Of a stretch of 64,000 nt of DNA, positions 45,899 through 55,187 are shown piece after piece. A program made the translations under genes and the position numbers. Position 1 is the stretch's first letter; every line of letters starts with the position of its first letter. A model generated the notes under the pieces. It did no database searches. It was not told the origin of the DNA and saw only the letters and a list, made by a program, of their open reading frames with translations. The DNA comes from an uncultured bacterium (lineage in GTDB: Bacteria; Fidelibacterota; Marinisomatia; Marinisomatales; UBA1611), in contig CAWVTW010000001.1 in NCBI GenBank assembly GCA_963933175.1, positions 143 to 64,142 on the forward strand, written 5' to 3'.

Positions 45899-46373
45899 GT
45901 GTTTCAATTTCCAAGCCAGCATCCGTCCAGGATTTCCATCCTCCTTTGAAAACGAATATGTTCATAAATCCAAAATCTTGTAAATCATAGGCCAATTCTT
46001 TACTGGAACCACAATCATCATCGCTGCAATAGACCACGAACCCTTTTTCATATCCGATTAAATGCTCAATCTGTTCTGATAACAGTTCCACATCATCATT
46101 GGCTATGGCTCCTGGAATCATACCAGCCGGTAAGTATTCTTCTGCTCTGGCATCTACAAACAATAATCCTGTTCCGTGCAGTGATTTTGCCATTTCGAGA
46201 TCAATTTCTCGTATTTCCGGTTCTGATAAAGTTAATAATACATCATTGACATTCTTAACAACTTCTATTGGTTCAGCCATCCAGGATATGGCATCAGATC
46301 GAACCAAATTGGATATTAAGCCAACCAGAATAGAAACTGTTATAATGAATGTTACCTGTTGTTTTAAACTCAC
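45891..46373 (-). CDS. membrane-anchored single-domain rhodanese-like protein
   Basis: N-terminal TM helix (VTFIITVSILVGLISNLV). Rhodanese fold pattern LFVDARAEEEY..G.IPGA ... FVVYCSDDDCGSSKELA...GF.N..VF.GGW..W. Confidence 0.7.
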   Translation of the reverse strand: MSLKQQVTFIITVSILVGLISNLVRSDAISWMAEPIEVVKNVNDVLLTLSEPEIREIDLEMAKSLHGTGLLFVDARAEEYLPAGMIPGAIANDDVELLSEQIEHLIGYEKGFVVYCSDDDCGSSKELAYDLQDFGFMNIFVFKGGWKSWTDAGLEIETHE

Positions 46374-46397
46374 AATAAAGGTGAATCTGGATTTGGG

Positions 46398-47603
46398 TTA
46401 ATGATCGTGGCCACTGTGATTTTGATTTTTCTTAGATATTGGTTTACCTTTTTTATTTGATTTGGATTTTGGTTTTGCGGTCTTAGGTTTCAATGAACTA
46501 CATGTAGCTAGAGATTCATCAACGAATGCCAATAGTTCCGGATTATCCTGAATTTTATTATTCAATGCAATTGTTTCAAATTTTAATGTATTCTGAGCTG
46601 ATTTTATCGCAGCTTCAGACTCTTTCAATTTGTTTCGATTTTGTTCAATAATTTTCAAAACGTTGGCCTGACCAGCATACAATTCGTCTAATGATTTATT
46701 TGGATCTTTCTTTTGCAGACGTTCAAATCTTTTTCGAATTGAAGAAATATTTTTTTCGTGGGAAGAGATATCAACGATTGGAGCTTTTTTATCCTCCATT
46801 TCGACACTTAATACAGACATATATTTACCTTGTTTACCACAGGAGTATAAGAAAGGTCCTCCCTCTTTTTGTCTCGTATTTTCCCGGGTCATATTTGTAC
46901 TTCCACTGGTCACAATGAAATCGGCATTTGCAAATAACGTTGGTAATTCACTATATGTTTTTCTATTACTGTTCACCATGATCACAATGATATCTGCTTG
47001 TTTGGACGCTTCATCTATATAATAATTCCCTGCTTCAATATAGTTATCAGCGATCATACTCTTGGTTGAATCGGGTAATTTATCTGTGACGCCCACAATT
47101 CCAATTTTCAGTAATCCCTTTTCAATAATTCGGAAAGGTTTAAATAATAGCTTATTAGTTTGTGGATCACGAAGATTGGCTGAGAGAAAAGGTATTTCAG
47201 TTTTTTCTTCCATACTTTTCAAAAATGGGAGTCCATTCAGCACTTCATAATGCCCTACATTGATAGCATCACAGCCAACTCTGTTATACCCTTCTAAGAT
47301 GGCAGCAGCACGATATAACTCTGATTTTTTATTGGTAGAATTTAAATTTGCAGTGCTGAAAAATAAATCTCCAGCATCAATAATCAGTGGATCGACCCCC
47401 GAATCACGGAGTTCATTCATTTTAACAAAACGTCTGGACAGACCGCCCAGAGGATTCTTTTTTCAGCCACACGGGTCTAGTTGACCATGAACACTGCCGG
47501 ACAACACAATTGTAACGGATCCGTATCCAGACACCTTTGAGCAAGATGAGAGAAACAGGAAAAACATGAGCGTAGTGATTGAATATTTTACCATAGATTT
47601 CAT
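46398..47603 (-). CDS. candidate selenocysteine-containing lipoprotein, degenerate metallophosphoesterase/5'-nucleotidase-like (read-through of TGA at complement 47463-47465)
   Basis: The track ORF 46398..47420 extends in the same frame to ATG 47603 or 47594 with a single TGA. The upstream part encodes the lipoprotein signal MFFLFLSSC and VTIVLSGSVHGQLDPCG-U-KKNPLGGLSRRFVK. A SECIS-like hairpin lies 11 nt after the TGA. GD motif IIDAGDLF is present, but motifs I and III are degenerate. Confidence 0.6.
47433..47451 (-). promoter_or_regulatory. putative bacterial SECIS stem-loop
   Basis: The mRNA reads UGA-AAAAAGAAUCC-UCUGGGC-GGUCU-GUCCAGA, a 7-bp stem (one G.U pair) with a 5-nt loop. The loop G and U fall at +23 and +24 from the U of UGA, as in E. 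coli fdhF. Confidence 0.55.
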
Positions 47604-47609
47604 TTATTT

Positions 47610-47933
47610 TTATCCGCCACTGAGTTTGACAGAATATCCTTTTTTTATTAATAATTTTTGAATTTTTTCACGTTTATTCCCCTGGATCAAAATTTCTCCA
47701 TTCTTAACCGATCCACCAACACCACATCCACTTTTTAACTCTTTTGCTATAACCATTAGAACATCAATTGTTTCTTGTAAACCTCTCACGATAGAAACAA
47801 CTTTACCTCCTCCTTTCCTATCCAAATGAAGACGAATTTGTTGCTGAGATGGGTCTAGAATAGGACTGATTTCTGTTTCATTTTTCAATGAAACTCCTTG
47901 ATCTGTGGAGTAGATAAGTTTTGAATTAGTCAT
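47610..47933 (-). CDS. yciH: SUI1/YciH-family translation initiation factor
   Basis: IRLHLDRKGGGKVVSIVRGL...LKSGCGVGGSVKNGEILIQGNKREKI...G..VKLSGG is the SUI1 domain pattern. The start is placed at MTNSKLIY. Confidence 0.85.
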   Translation of the reverse strand: MTNSKLIYSTDQGVSLKNETEISPILDPSQQQIRLHLDRKGGGKVVSIVRGLQETIDVLMVIAKELKSGCGVGGSVKNGEILIQGNKREKIQKLLIKKGYSVKLSGG

Positions 47934-48039
47934 AATTGTTCTTTCAGAACAAATAAAGAACAAAATTGTTCCCTTTTACAAGGTGAAAACATACTAATTT
48001 TTTGAAGTAATTAAACAACTACAATTCAGTGGAAATGAA

Positions 48040-49389
48040 ATGAACTGTTTACATATTGTAATGAGAAAATTTATCCAAATCATACTTATTATTATTTCCT
48101 GCCTTCAAGGACAAGATTCCAGCTCAGCAAATGGATCTCTTGCAGAAACCGGAATCTTTTTAAAAGACCTTCATTTTGATTGGAAACCACCACATAAAGA
48201 TAATGGAACATTTTATTCTATTGATCTCCATGAATTCAAATTTGGATTTTCTGATCTAAGTTTCTCCCAAGAACAAAAAGACAGTAAACATAAGATCAAA
48301 ACCCGGATCTCTGGCCCAAATTTAAAAATAGATCAGCTCGTCCTAAATGTAAAGATCACTTCGGAAAATTGGTTAACCCGTGAAAGGATTCGCCGATTGG
48401 AAGAAAGACAAGAAAACCCTAAATCTGCTTTAAGCCTGATTGCAAATGCAATAGACCTTTACAAAGTAGATCTGGAAGAAAACCCTAAATCATTGAATGA
48501 CCTTTATGTTAAACAATACCTGAACCTTGATGCCTATCCTTTTGACGACCATACATGGTCCTATTCATTCACGTTACCAGAACAAATTATAGCTCAACCA
48601 ACGCAAATAAACCCTGTCATTGAAACCAAACCCTTAATTCTTGATTGGAATACCCGGGAATTTCAATTTGATCCTATCCAGGATTCTCTTTATAAAGTGC
48701 CCTTTGTTCAATGGGATTACATATTGGATATTCAATCAATTTCTCAATTATTTTCGTCAAAATTGGAAATCGATATTTCACCTGATAAGACCGCCTTTGA
48801 TCTCCTGCTTAAACGAGGACAATTTAAATTAGATGATATTTCTTTTACTGCAACACCCGGAGATCAGCTTACTAATCGGTCTCAAGTATTTCTCCCATCT
48901 CTTAATCTAGAAACAAATAATTTTGCTCTATCTGGTGATTTAAAATCCAAACCCATCTTTCATCAAGGACAAGGGAAATTCTCCCTTCGTAATTTTGAAA
49001 TCAAGATTCCAGATGATTTGAGAGAAGAGCCCGAAATTCAAGCCATGATAGAATCATTAGGTATCTGGAACAATTCTCTCAAGATCAGGTTAGTTGAATT
49101 GGAATTGAATTTGCTCAATGAGCATACAGGAGAAATTAGTTTTATTTTTCAAACACCTTTTATAAAAATCAGTGTCAATGGGGATTTTTCAATTCGTCAA
49201 GATGAGATTCATCCTGAAATATTGCTTCATCAAATGGAGATTAAAATTCATCCTATTGCACTGGGTGTTAGAAAATGGATACGGGAGTGGGAAAGAACGA
49301 ATGGAAGATCACTCAAAAGAAAGGGTGCTACCGTCGTATTAAAAGTGGAAGGGTCTTTAGAAAATCCAGTGATTCATGGAATGGATTAA
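48040..49389 (+). CDS. hypothetical exported protein
   Basis: 449 aa. Signal peptide MRKFIQIILIIISCLQG (alternative start 48061). No family recognised. Confidence 0.5.
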   Translation: MNCLHIVMRKFIQIILIIISCLQGQDSSSANGSLAETGIFLKDLHFDWKPPHKDNGTFYSIDLHEFKFGFSDLSFSQEQKDSKHKIKTRISGPNLKIDQLVLNVKITSENWLTRERIRRLEERQENPKSALSLIANAIDLYKVDLEENPKSLNDLYVKQYLNLDAYPFDDHTWSYSFTLPEQIIAQPTQINPVIETKPLILDWNTREFQFDPIQDSLYKVPFVQWDYILDIQSISQLFSSKLEIDISPDKTAFDLLLKRGQFKLDDISFTATPGDQLTNRSQVFLPSLNLETNNFALSGDLKSKPIFHQGQGKFSLRNFEIKIPDDLREEPEIQAMIESLGIWNNSLKIRLVELELNLLNEHTGEISFIFQTPFIKISVNGDFSIRQDEIHPEILLHQMEIKIHPIALGVRKWIREWERTNGRSLKRKGATVVLKVEGSLENPVIHGMD

Positions 49390-50315
49390 CTCTGCTTTTG
49401 ATGTCCTAAGATATAGAGAAATTCCAAAACAATACTAGCACCTGCTAAAGATGTAATATCTGCATGATCGTAGGCTGGGGCTACTTCAACCAAATCAAAT
49501 CCAACAATATTTAGATCTTTTACCCCTCTTAAGATTTTCAAGACCTTATCTGTGGACATCCCGCCAACAACTGGTGTCCCTGTTCCCGGCGCATATGCCG
49601 GATCCAAACAATCAATATCAAATGTCAAATAAACAGGCATTTCCCCTACACGTGACTGAATCGATTCAATAATCTCCATTGCAGAAATATCATTTGCCTT
49701 AGCTGCATCGATTACTTGAAATTCATGCGAATCCTTTTCGTACTCTGTCCGAATTCCAATTTGGATTGAATGTGCAGGATCGATCAATCCTTCATTGGGA
49801 GCGTGATAAAACATACAACCGTGGTCAATTTCATGATCATTGGGATAGGTATCTGTATGGGCATCAAAATGAACCAGAGCCATTTTGCCGTGGTGCTTAT
49901 AATGAGCTCTAAGCAAGGGTAAGGTCACAAAATGGTCACCGCCTATCGATATAAGCGTTTTTCCTGCTTCAATGATGATACCAGCATGTTTTACAATTTC
50001 TGATAACCCATCATACGGCTTTCCTGGCGTATAATCCACATCGCCATAATCCACAACATTTAACCTATCGAATACATCAAAATCCCAGGGCCAGCGTTTA
50101 TCTTCCCATCCGAGATTGCTACTGGCATTTCGTACAGCGGAGGGGCCAAACCGTGTTCCGGATCGTCCTGTTGTGGCCAAATCAAATGGAATTCCCATTA
50201 TCACTGCATCAACATTGCTGGATAAATCTCGAGTTAATGGACGCGCCAGATAACTGAATTGATTCGCGTACATGGATATATCTGTAGGATTACCTATGAG
50301 CCTATTTTTTGCCAT
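49386..50315 (-). CDS. speB: agmatinase (ureohydrolase family)
   Basis: GGDHFVTLP, FDAHTDTY, TFDIDCLDPAYAPGTGTP and GFDLVEVAP are arginase/agmatinase Mn-site motifs. 309 aa. Confidence 0.88.
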   Translation of the reverse strand: MAKNRLIGNPTDISMYANQFSYLARPLTRDLSSNVDAVIMGIPFDLATTGRSGTRFGPSAVRNASSNLGWEDKRWPWDFDVFDRLNVVDYGDVDYTPGKPYDGLSEIVKHAGIIIEAGKTLISIGGDHFVTLPLLRAHYKHHGKMALVHFDAHTDTYPNDHEIDHGCMFYHAPNEGLIDPAHSIQIGIRTEYEKDSHEFQVIDAAKANDISAMEIIESIQSRVGEMPVYLTFDIDCLDPAYAPGTGTPVVGGMSTDKVLKILRGVKDLNIVGFDLVEVAPAYDHADITSLAGASIVLEFLYILGHQKQS

Positions 50316-50381
50316 TAGATTTCTTTTCCATATGTTTTAATTACGGGAGTGTAAAGTAAGATTATACCACCATGCAACGTT

Positions 50382-51086
50382 TTATCTGTGGTTTTGTTGA
50401 GATAACATCCAATCCAGCACATCAGGGTTTTGATATGTTTCAGTCCATGAATCATGTCCGATACCTTCATAAATAGTCAAATGTACATTTGGATTGATTT
50501 GGTCAAGAATTCCAAACGCATCCAACGAGTTTTTCACTAGAATAACTTGGTCTTGATCTCCATGGAAAATCCAAGTGGGAATATCTTTCATTTTGTGGAT
50601 TGTTTTTAAATCTGCTACACCACAGACTGGGAGAGCAGCAGCTATTTTATGTGGGATTTTTGATGCCAAAGCGTAAGTGCCATAACCACCCATACTCAAG
50701 CCAGTCACATAAAAACGTTCTGTATCCACATTAAATTTTTGAAAACAAGATTTTTGGATTGCAATGAGCCCATCCACCAATTCCGAGTCACTCCAGTAGC
50801 GATCAAGAGGACATTGTGGAGCAACCAAAATAAAAGGGAAATCTGTTCCTGCTTTTGCCTGTTTTGGAAAACCATGAATGTCCACCAAATCAATATTTCT
50901 CCCCCGTTCTCCTGCGCCGTGGAGAGATAAGACCAAAGGCAATTTACCTGAAAGTCCATCTGGCATATACACAACATACTCCAAATTCATACCTGATTGC
51001 GTGTGGATTGAGTGAAAAGATTTTATCATAGGCGCTGCCATAGTAAATTGAAAAAATATAATTAAGTTTATGAGTGTTCGAACCAA
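50382..51086 (-). CDS. secreted alpha/beta-hydrolase (carboxylesterase/phospholipase-type)
   Basis: GLSMGGYG (GxSxG nucleophile elbow), FHGDQDQVI (Asp) and GIGHDSW (His). Confidence 0.7.
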   Translation of the reverse strand: MVRTLINLIIFFQFTMAAPMIKSFHSIHTQSGMNLEYVVYMPDGLSGKLPLVLSLHGAGERGRNIDLVDIHGFPKQAKAGTDFPFILVAPQCPLDRYWSDSELVDGLIAIQKSCFQKFNVDTERFYVTGLSMGGYGTYALASKIPHKIAAALPVCGVADLKTIHKMKDIPTWIFHGDQDQVILVKNSLDAFGILDQINPNVHLTIYEGIGHDSWTETYQNPDVLDWMLSQQNHR

Positions 51087-51319
51087 TTTCAGAAGTTCAA
51101 GTAATATTATAGGATTGAAAATGTGGCGTTAGATATTGCAGAAAGGGGGATTCTACTCTATCAAGACCATTTTTTTGGTCTGCGTGAACTCCCATGCTTG
51201 TATCACATAAAAATGTAATTCTGAGAATACTGACTCATTTCCACCGTTTAAATTGATAAAGATTACCTTCAATGTTGTGGATTACTGATATGCGGGCACG
51301 GGGAGAGAGAAATCATAGC

Positions 51320-52906
51320 TTATTTCTCTTCTGATAAAATAATGGGTTTGTATCCACCATTTTTTTTAAACCATAACATCATCAAAGCAAAACCGATTAC
51401 CATAGATATGGGTAACCATGTCGCTACTCGAAGTGTACTACGTCCTGTTTGAGATAAGGTAGCTTTTAAAGTTTCTTTACCTTCTTCAGGAAACTCAGGT
51501 TGAGCCATAATGGCATCATGTTTAATTGTGCTATACCCTACACCAAACAAGTTAGTTTCTGCAACAATAAGAGCACCATCAACCATTCGATTTTCAGATT
51601 GAATTTTTTGCACTAGCGCTGGTTGAGCCTCTAAAACTGCTACAGCATTATAGTGATCCTGTACGGCACCTAAAAATGGAAAGCCAAAGATACCTACAGT
51701 AAGAAGCCCAATTGCTGAAACAGTATTCAATGTAAGTGCGCCACCTTTGGGGAATCTTTCCGCAACAAAACCTAAAACTGAAGGCCAATAAAATGTCTGC
51801 CCCACTGCATAAAATACGAAGGCTAAAAGAACAGCTACACCGCTTACATATGAAAGGGTAAATAAACCAATAATGGAAAATATTGAGCTAATTAGCAATA
51901 GTCCTAATGGCCCGGTATATTTAAGAGGAATACCCGCAAAAAAACGAAGAACCATCATAATACCTGCAGAAAACACCAACGCCCAACCAGCATAATCGCC
52001 CATAGTAGGTCTCATAAGATTTTGAATCCAGCCATCTGTAGCAATTTCAGCAGTAGCCAAAGGAATCATTAGTAAACATATAAAGAAGAACATCAACTTC
52101 CCTTTCGATTTGACAATTGATCCAAATATAATACCACCAGCAATTCCCAATAATAAAGAAATAAACAGACGAGTATATGATTCCGCAAAACCATTACTAA
52201 ACATACTCAATTGAGAAAAAAATTCGTACCCCATAAATGTAATGGCAAGAAAAGCACCTAATCCACCAAATTCTTCAAGCATTCCTGACATGGGTATCTC
52301 ATTTTCAACACGCTCGTCTATAGGGAATTTTTTGCAAAGAGCAAACATTACACCATAAGCAAGGATAGGCATTAGCATAAAAATCCAAGCAGATTTAGCA
52401 CCAGCCCAAATACGCTCATCAGCAGGGGTTCCCATGTAAAACAATAAAAAAATAGCGCCACCAAAAACAATACCTGCAGGCCAGGAAGCATGAAGAATGT
52501 TCAATGCCTTAGTTTTCTCTTCACGAAATACAGATACACATAAAGGGTTGATAACGGCTTCAACTACGCCATGCCCAATACCTGCAGTAATACAGGCCCA
52601 CCACATTGAATTATAATTTTCTGCTGTAAAAGTTAAAAAAACTGAGAGACTTTGGAATATAAAAGCAATAACCATAGATTTTTGATAGCCAATTTTATCC
52701 ACGACAAAACTAAAAAGGATCATCATAATGGCAACGGGCCAGAGCCCTGCTCCCAAAAGAACACCCACTTGGCTGTCAGAAATGCCAAATTCAGCTCCCC
52801 ATAATGCAGGCACCATAGCTCGGAACACAAATCCCACACCTGCGGCCATGAGTGCTAAAAAACTAGCCCACAAAAGCATTTGTTTTTCTTTATTTCTAAG
52901 TTCCAT
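51320..52906 (-). CDS. MFS-type transporter (528 aa), substrate unknown
   Basis: Multiple hydrophobic helices throughout. It lies 134 nt downstream of the organophosphate operon on the same strand. Confidence 0.65.
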   Translation of the reverse strand: MELRNKEKQMLLWASFLALMAAGVGFVFRAMVPALWGAEFGISDSQVGVLLGAGLWPVAIMMILFSFVVDKIGYQKSMVIAFIFQSLSVFLTFTAENYNSMWWACITAGIGHGVVEAVINPLCVSVFREEKTKALNILHASWPAGIVFGGAIFLLFYMGTPADERIWAGAKSAWIFMLMPILAYGVMFALCKKFPIDERVENEIPMSGMLEEFGGLGAFLAITFMGYEFFSQLSMFSNGFAESYTRLFISLLLGIAGGIIFGSIVKSKGKLMFFFICLLMIPLATAEIATDGWIQNLMRPTMGDYAGWALVFSAGIMMVLRFFAGIPLKYTGPLGLLLISSIFSIIGLFTLSYVSGVAVLLAFVFYAVGQTFYWPSVLGFVAERFPKGGALTLNTVSAIGLLTVGIFGFPFLGAVQDHYNAVAVLEAQPALVQKIQSENRMVDGALIVAETNLFGVGYSTIKHDAIMAQPEFPEEGKETLKATLSQTGRSTLRVATWLPISMVIGFALMMLWFKKNGGYKPIILSEEK

Positions 52907-53040
52907 TTAATTCATCTTTTTTTTTAAGAAACCTTGTCTCGTTCAAATATTCTGAACAGAGTTTTGAATTAATTAATCTTTTCTTGGGATAATCACTTTT
53001 AAAATATAACTAAAGATATTTTACCCATGTTTAGTTATAA

Positions 53041-53838
53041 TTATTTTTTAAAATCTATATAATCATAAACCTTGTCAGTGTTTATTAAATCAACACCAGC
53101 GGAAGTCATAATCTCCCAGCTAATCTTATTATCTGGTGATCCCCAAAACCTTATCTCTTTATTCTCTGAGTGAACTTTTTGAATAAAACTTTTTAATAAA
53201 AGAAGTTCATTTTCAGGAAAATAACCCACCCCATCCCACTTGAAATTTTCTTTCCAATTTGAACTAATTAGAGGAATTAATTTGTTAGATATATGTTGAC
53301 CAATATCACTAAAGCGACCGTCAATGAATACATTTCTTTTCTTGATAGTTTTTAAGTCAATTATTCCTGGTCTATTTCCGGAGATGATAATTGTTACAGC
53401 CCTAGAAATTAAAGAGTCAGATTCAACATAGCTTAGCATAGGTTCGTAATTATCTAATACTTTCTGTAAAGTTGAATATGTTTCTATTGCCGATGTTTTT
53501 ATATCCACTAGAAGATATAGTGAAATATTATTTTCATATATGTGACCATTGTTACTTAAAAACAACTCCCATAGAGGATCCAAGTATAAGGTCTCTATAG
53601 TTCTACCTTTTTTTAATTGTAAACGATTATGACCAACATACAATTTAGTTTTTGATAAGAATACATCTACCTCGATACTTTTAAAGTTGTTTTTTAAAGC
53701 AGCTACTAATGGTTCTTTATTGAGATAATCATTATGAGAATGAGCATTATTTACATATCCTTGTCCAAATGCAATATTAAATAAGCTAATCTGAAATATT
53801 GAAACGTATAAAAAGAGAACTATAATATTTGAAGCCAT
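53041..53838 (-). CDS. secreted PLC-like/GDPD-superfamily phosphodiesterase (AIM6-like)
   Basis: Signal peptide, then NNAHSHNDYLNKEPL..AL...FKSIEVDVF, the HSHNDY ... E.D motif I associate with the AIM6/PI-PLC-X-like phosphodiesterase family. Confidence 0.6.
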   Translation of the reverse strand: MASNIIVLFLYVSIFQISLFNIAFGQGYVNNAHSHNDYLNKEPLVAALKNNFKSIEVDVFLSKTKLYVGHNRLQLKKGRTIETLYLDPLWELFLSNNGHIYENNISLYLLVDIKTSAIETYSTLQKVLDNYEPMLSYVESDSLISRAVTIIISGNRPGIIDLKTIKKRNVFIDGRFSDIGQHISNKLIPLISSNWKENFKWDGVGYFPENELLLLKSFIQKVHSENKEIRFWGSPDNKISWEIMTSAGVDLINTDKVYDYIDFKK

Positions 53839-53840
53839 AA

Positions 53841-55187
53841 TTAATCTTCAGTTTTTTTATTCCATAGAGCAAGTGAAAGTATAAATGAAACAATAGAAGC
53901 AAAAACCCAGAATATTATTGCATCATCAAAATTATATAATAATGCAGACGTATCGTTTACTGTAGATGTTTTTATTAGTAAGCTACTTATTTTTTCCTGT
54001 AATCCAGCTCCTATGTAACTAAACAGCCCTATAAAACCCATTGCTGCACCAGAAATATTTTTTGGGGCAATATCAATAGCAAATAATCCACCTAGAACAG
54101 CCAACAAACCACTCAAGGTAAATCCATAGATTAAAAATGCGATTGTAAGCACAACCGTTGAGTCTGGTCCAAAAAATATAAGAAAAAGTGATGCAATTTC
54201 AACTATACCGAACATAAGAGTGACGGGCGGTCTTCGCGCATCAAAATATTTATCAGAAATAAATCCATAAGCAACACAGCCAAGAATCCCCGTGAATGTA
54301 TTTAATCCAATTAAACTTCCCGCCTCAATTAATGAGTAACCTCTTGCCTCTTGTAAATAAAGAATTCCCCAACTGTTTATGGCGTATCTAGTAACGTACA
54401 TTGTTGAGCTTGCCAATCCCAAGATCCAAATCGACGGATACTTAACTATCTTTAACTGATTGTTTAGCACTTCTTTGAAATTCTTTGAAACTAGTTTTAA
54501 ATCTGTTTCTTTTTTCCAGGAGCTAATGCTTGGTAGGCCTAAACTTTTTGGACTATCCTGTAAAAATCTATAACCAATAGCCGTTACGATAATTAGCAAT
54601 ATACCAGGGACAATAAACCCGGACCTCCAAGAAAAATAATCTACAAGTGCAGCTGTACCAATAAATGTAAGCCCTTCTCCAATTGAGTGTGCCGTGCTCC
54701 AGATGCCATAATAACGGCCGCGTTCTTTTGGGCTAAACCAATTAGTTAGTGCTATGGCGCACGATGGAGCACCAATACCCTGCACCCAACCATTTATAAA
54801 CCAAAAAATCACCCATAAGATTAGCGACTGATTTAACCCCATAGAGATATTGATTAAGCCAGAAGCAATTAGCCCAAAAGTAAAAAACCTTTTTATATTA
54901 GCATAATCGGCTAAAAAACCATTAAAAAATTTACCAAGCGCATACCCGTAAAAGTATGCAGACCCCACTAAGCCAAGTTCACTAATCGAAAATATACCGT
55001 TATCAATTAGAGGTTTTTTTACGATAGAAAGAGCTAATCTGCAGGTATATCCAAACCCATATAAAACAATAATTGAAGCAAGAACTTCTTTTCGATACTT
55101 CGAATATTGAGAAGCTATTTGATTTTGATCAACTAACGGAGCTCGATATTCATCCGCTTTGAAAAAATTTAGAATCTTAGTGGACAT
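53841..55187 (-). CDS. organophosphate:phosphate antiporter, GlpT/UhpC family (MFS)
   Basis: 448 aa. The N-terminus (..YSKYRKEVLASIIVLYGFGYTCRLALSIVKKPL...S..ELGLVGSAYFYGYALGKFFNGFLADY) fits the GlpT/UhpC pattern. Confidence 0.75.
   Translation of the reverse strand: MSTKILNFFKADEYRAPLVDQNQIASQYSKYRKEVLASIIVLYGFGYTCRLALSIVKKPLIDNGIFSISELGLVGSAYFYGYALGKFFNGFLADYANIKRFFTFGLIASGLINISMGLNQSLILWVIFWFINGWVQGIGAPSCAIALTNWFSPKERGRYYGIWSTAHSIGEGLTFIGTAALVDYFSWRSGFIVPGILLIIVTAIGYRFLQDSPKSLGLPSISSWKKETDLKLVSKNFKEVLNNQLKIVKYPSIWILGLASSTMYVTRYAINSWGILYLQEARGYSLIEAGSLIGLNTFTGILGCVAYGFISDKYFDARRPPVTLMFGIVEIASLFLIFFGPDSTVVLTIAFLIYGFTLSGLLAVLGGLFAIDIAPKNISGAAMGFIGLFSYIGAGLQEKISSLLIKTSTVNDTSALLYNFDDAIIFWVFASIVSFILSLALWNKKTED

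Noticed and set aside
48421-48575. A segment of the 449-aa protein (ALSLIANAIDLYKVDLEENPKSLNDLYVKQYL...P.DDHTWSYSF) reminiscent of the globular domain of type II secretion pseudopilin GspG.
   Set aside because: There is no prepilin leader or cleavage motif, and no adjacent secretion genes. The similarity is only a loose pattern I cannot verify without a profile search.
51164-51181. Hairpin agacca-tttttt-tggtct in the 233-bp gap downstream of the 528-aa MFS gene, considered as a terminator.
   Set aside because: On the transcribed (minus) strand the stem is not followed by a U tract, and the loop is the only T/A run. Evidence is too weak to call.
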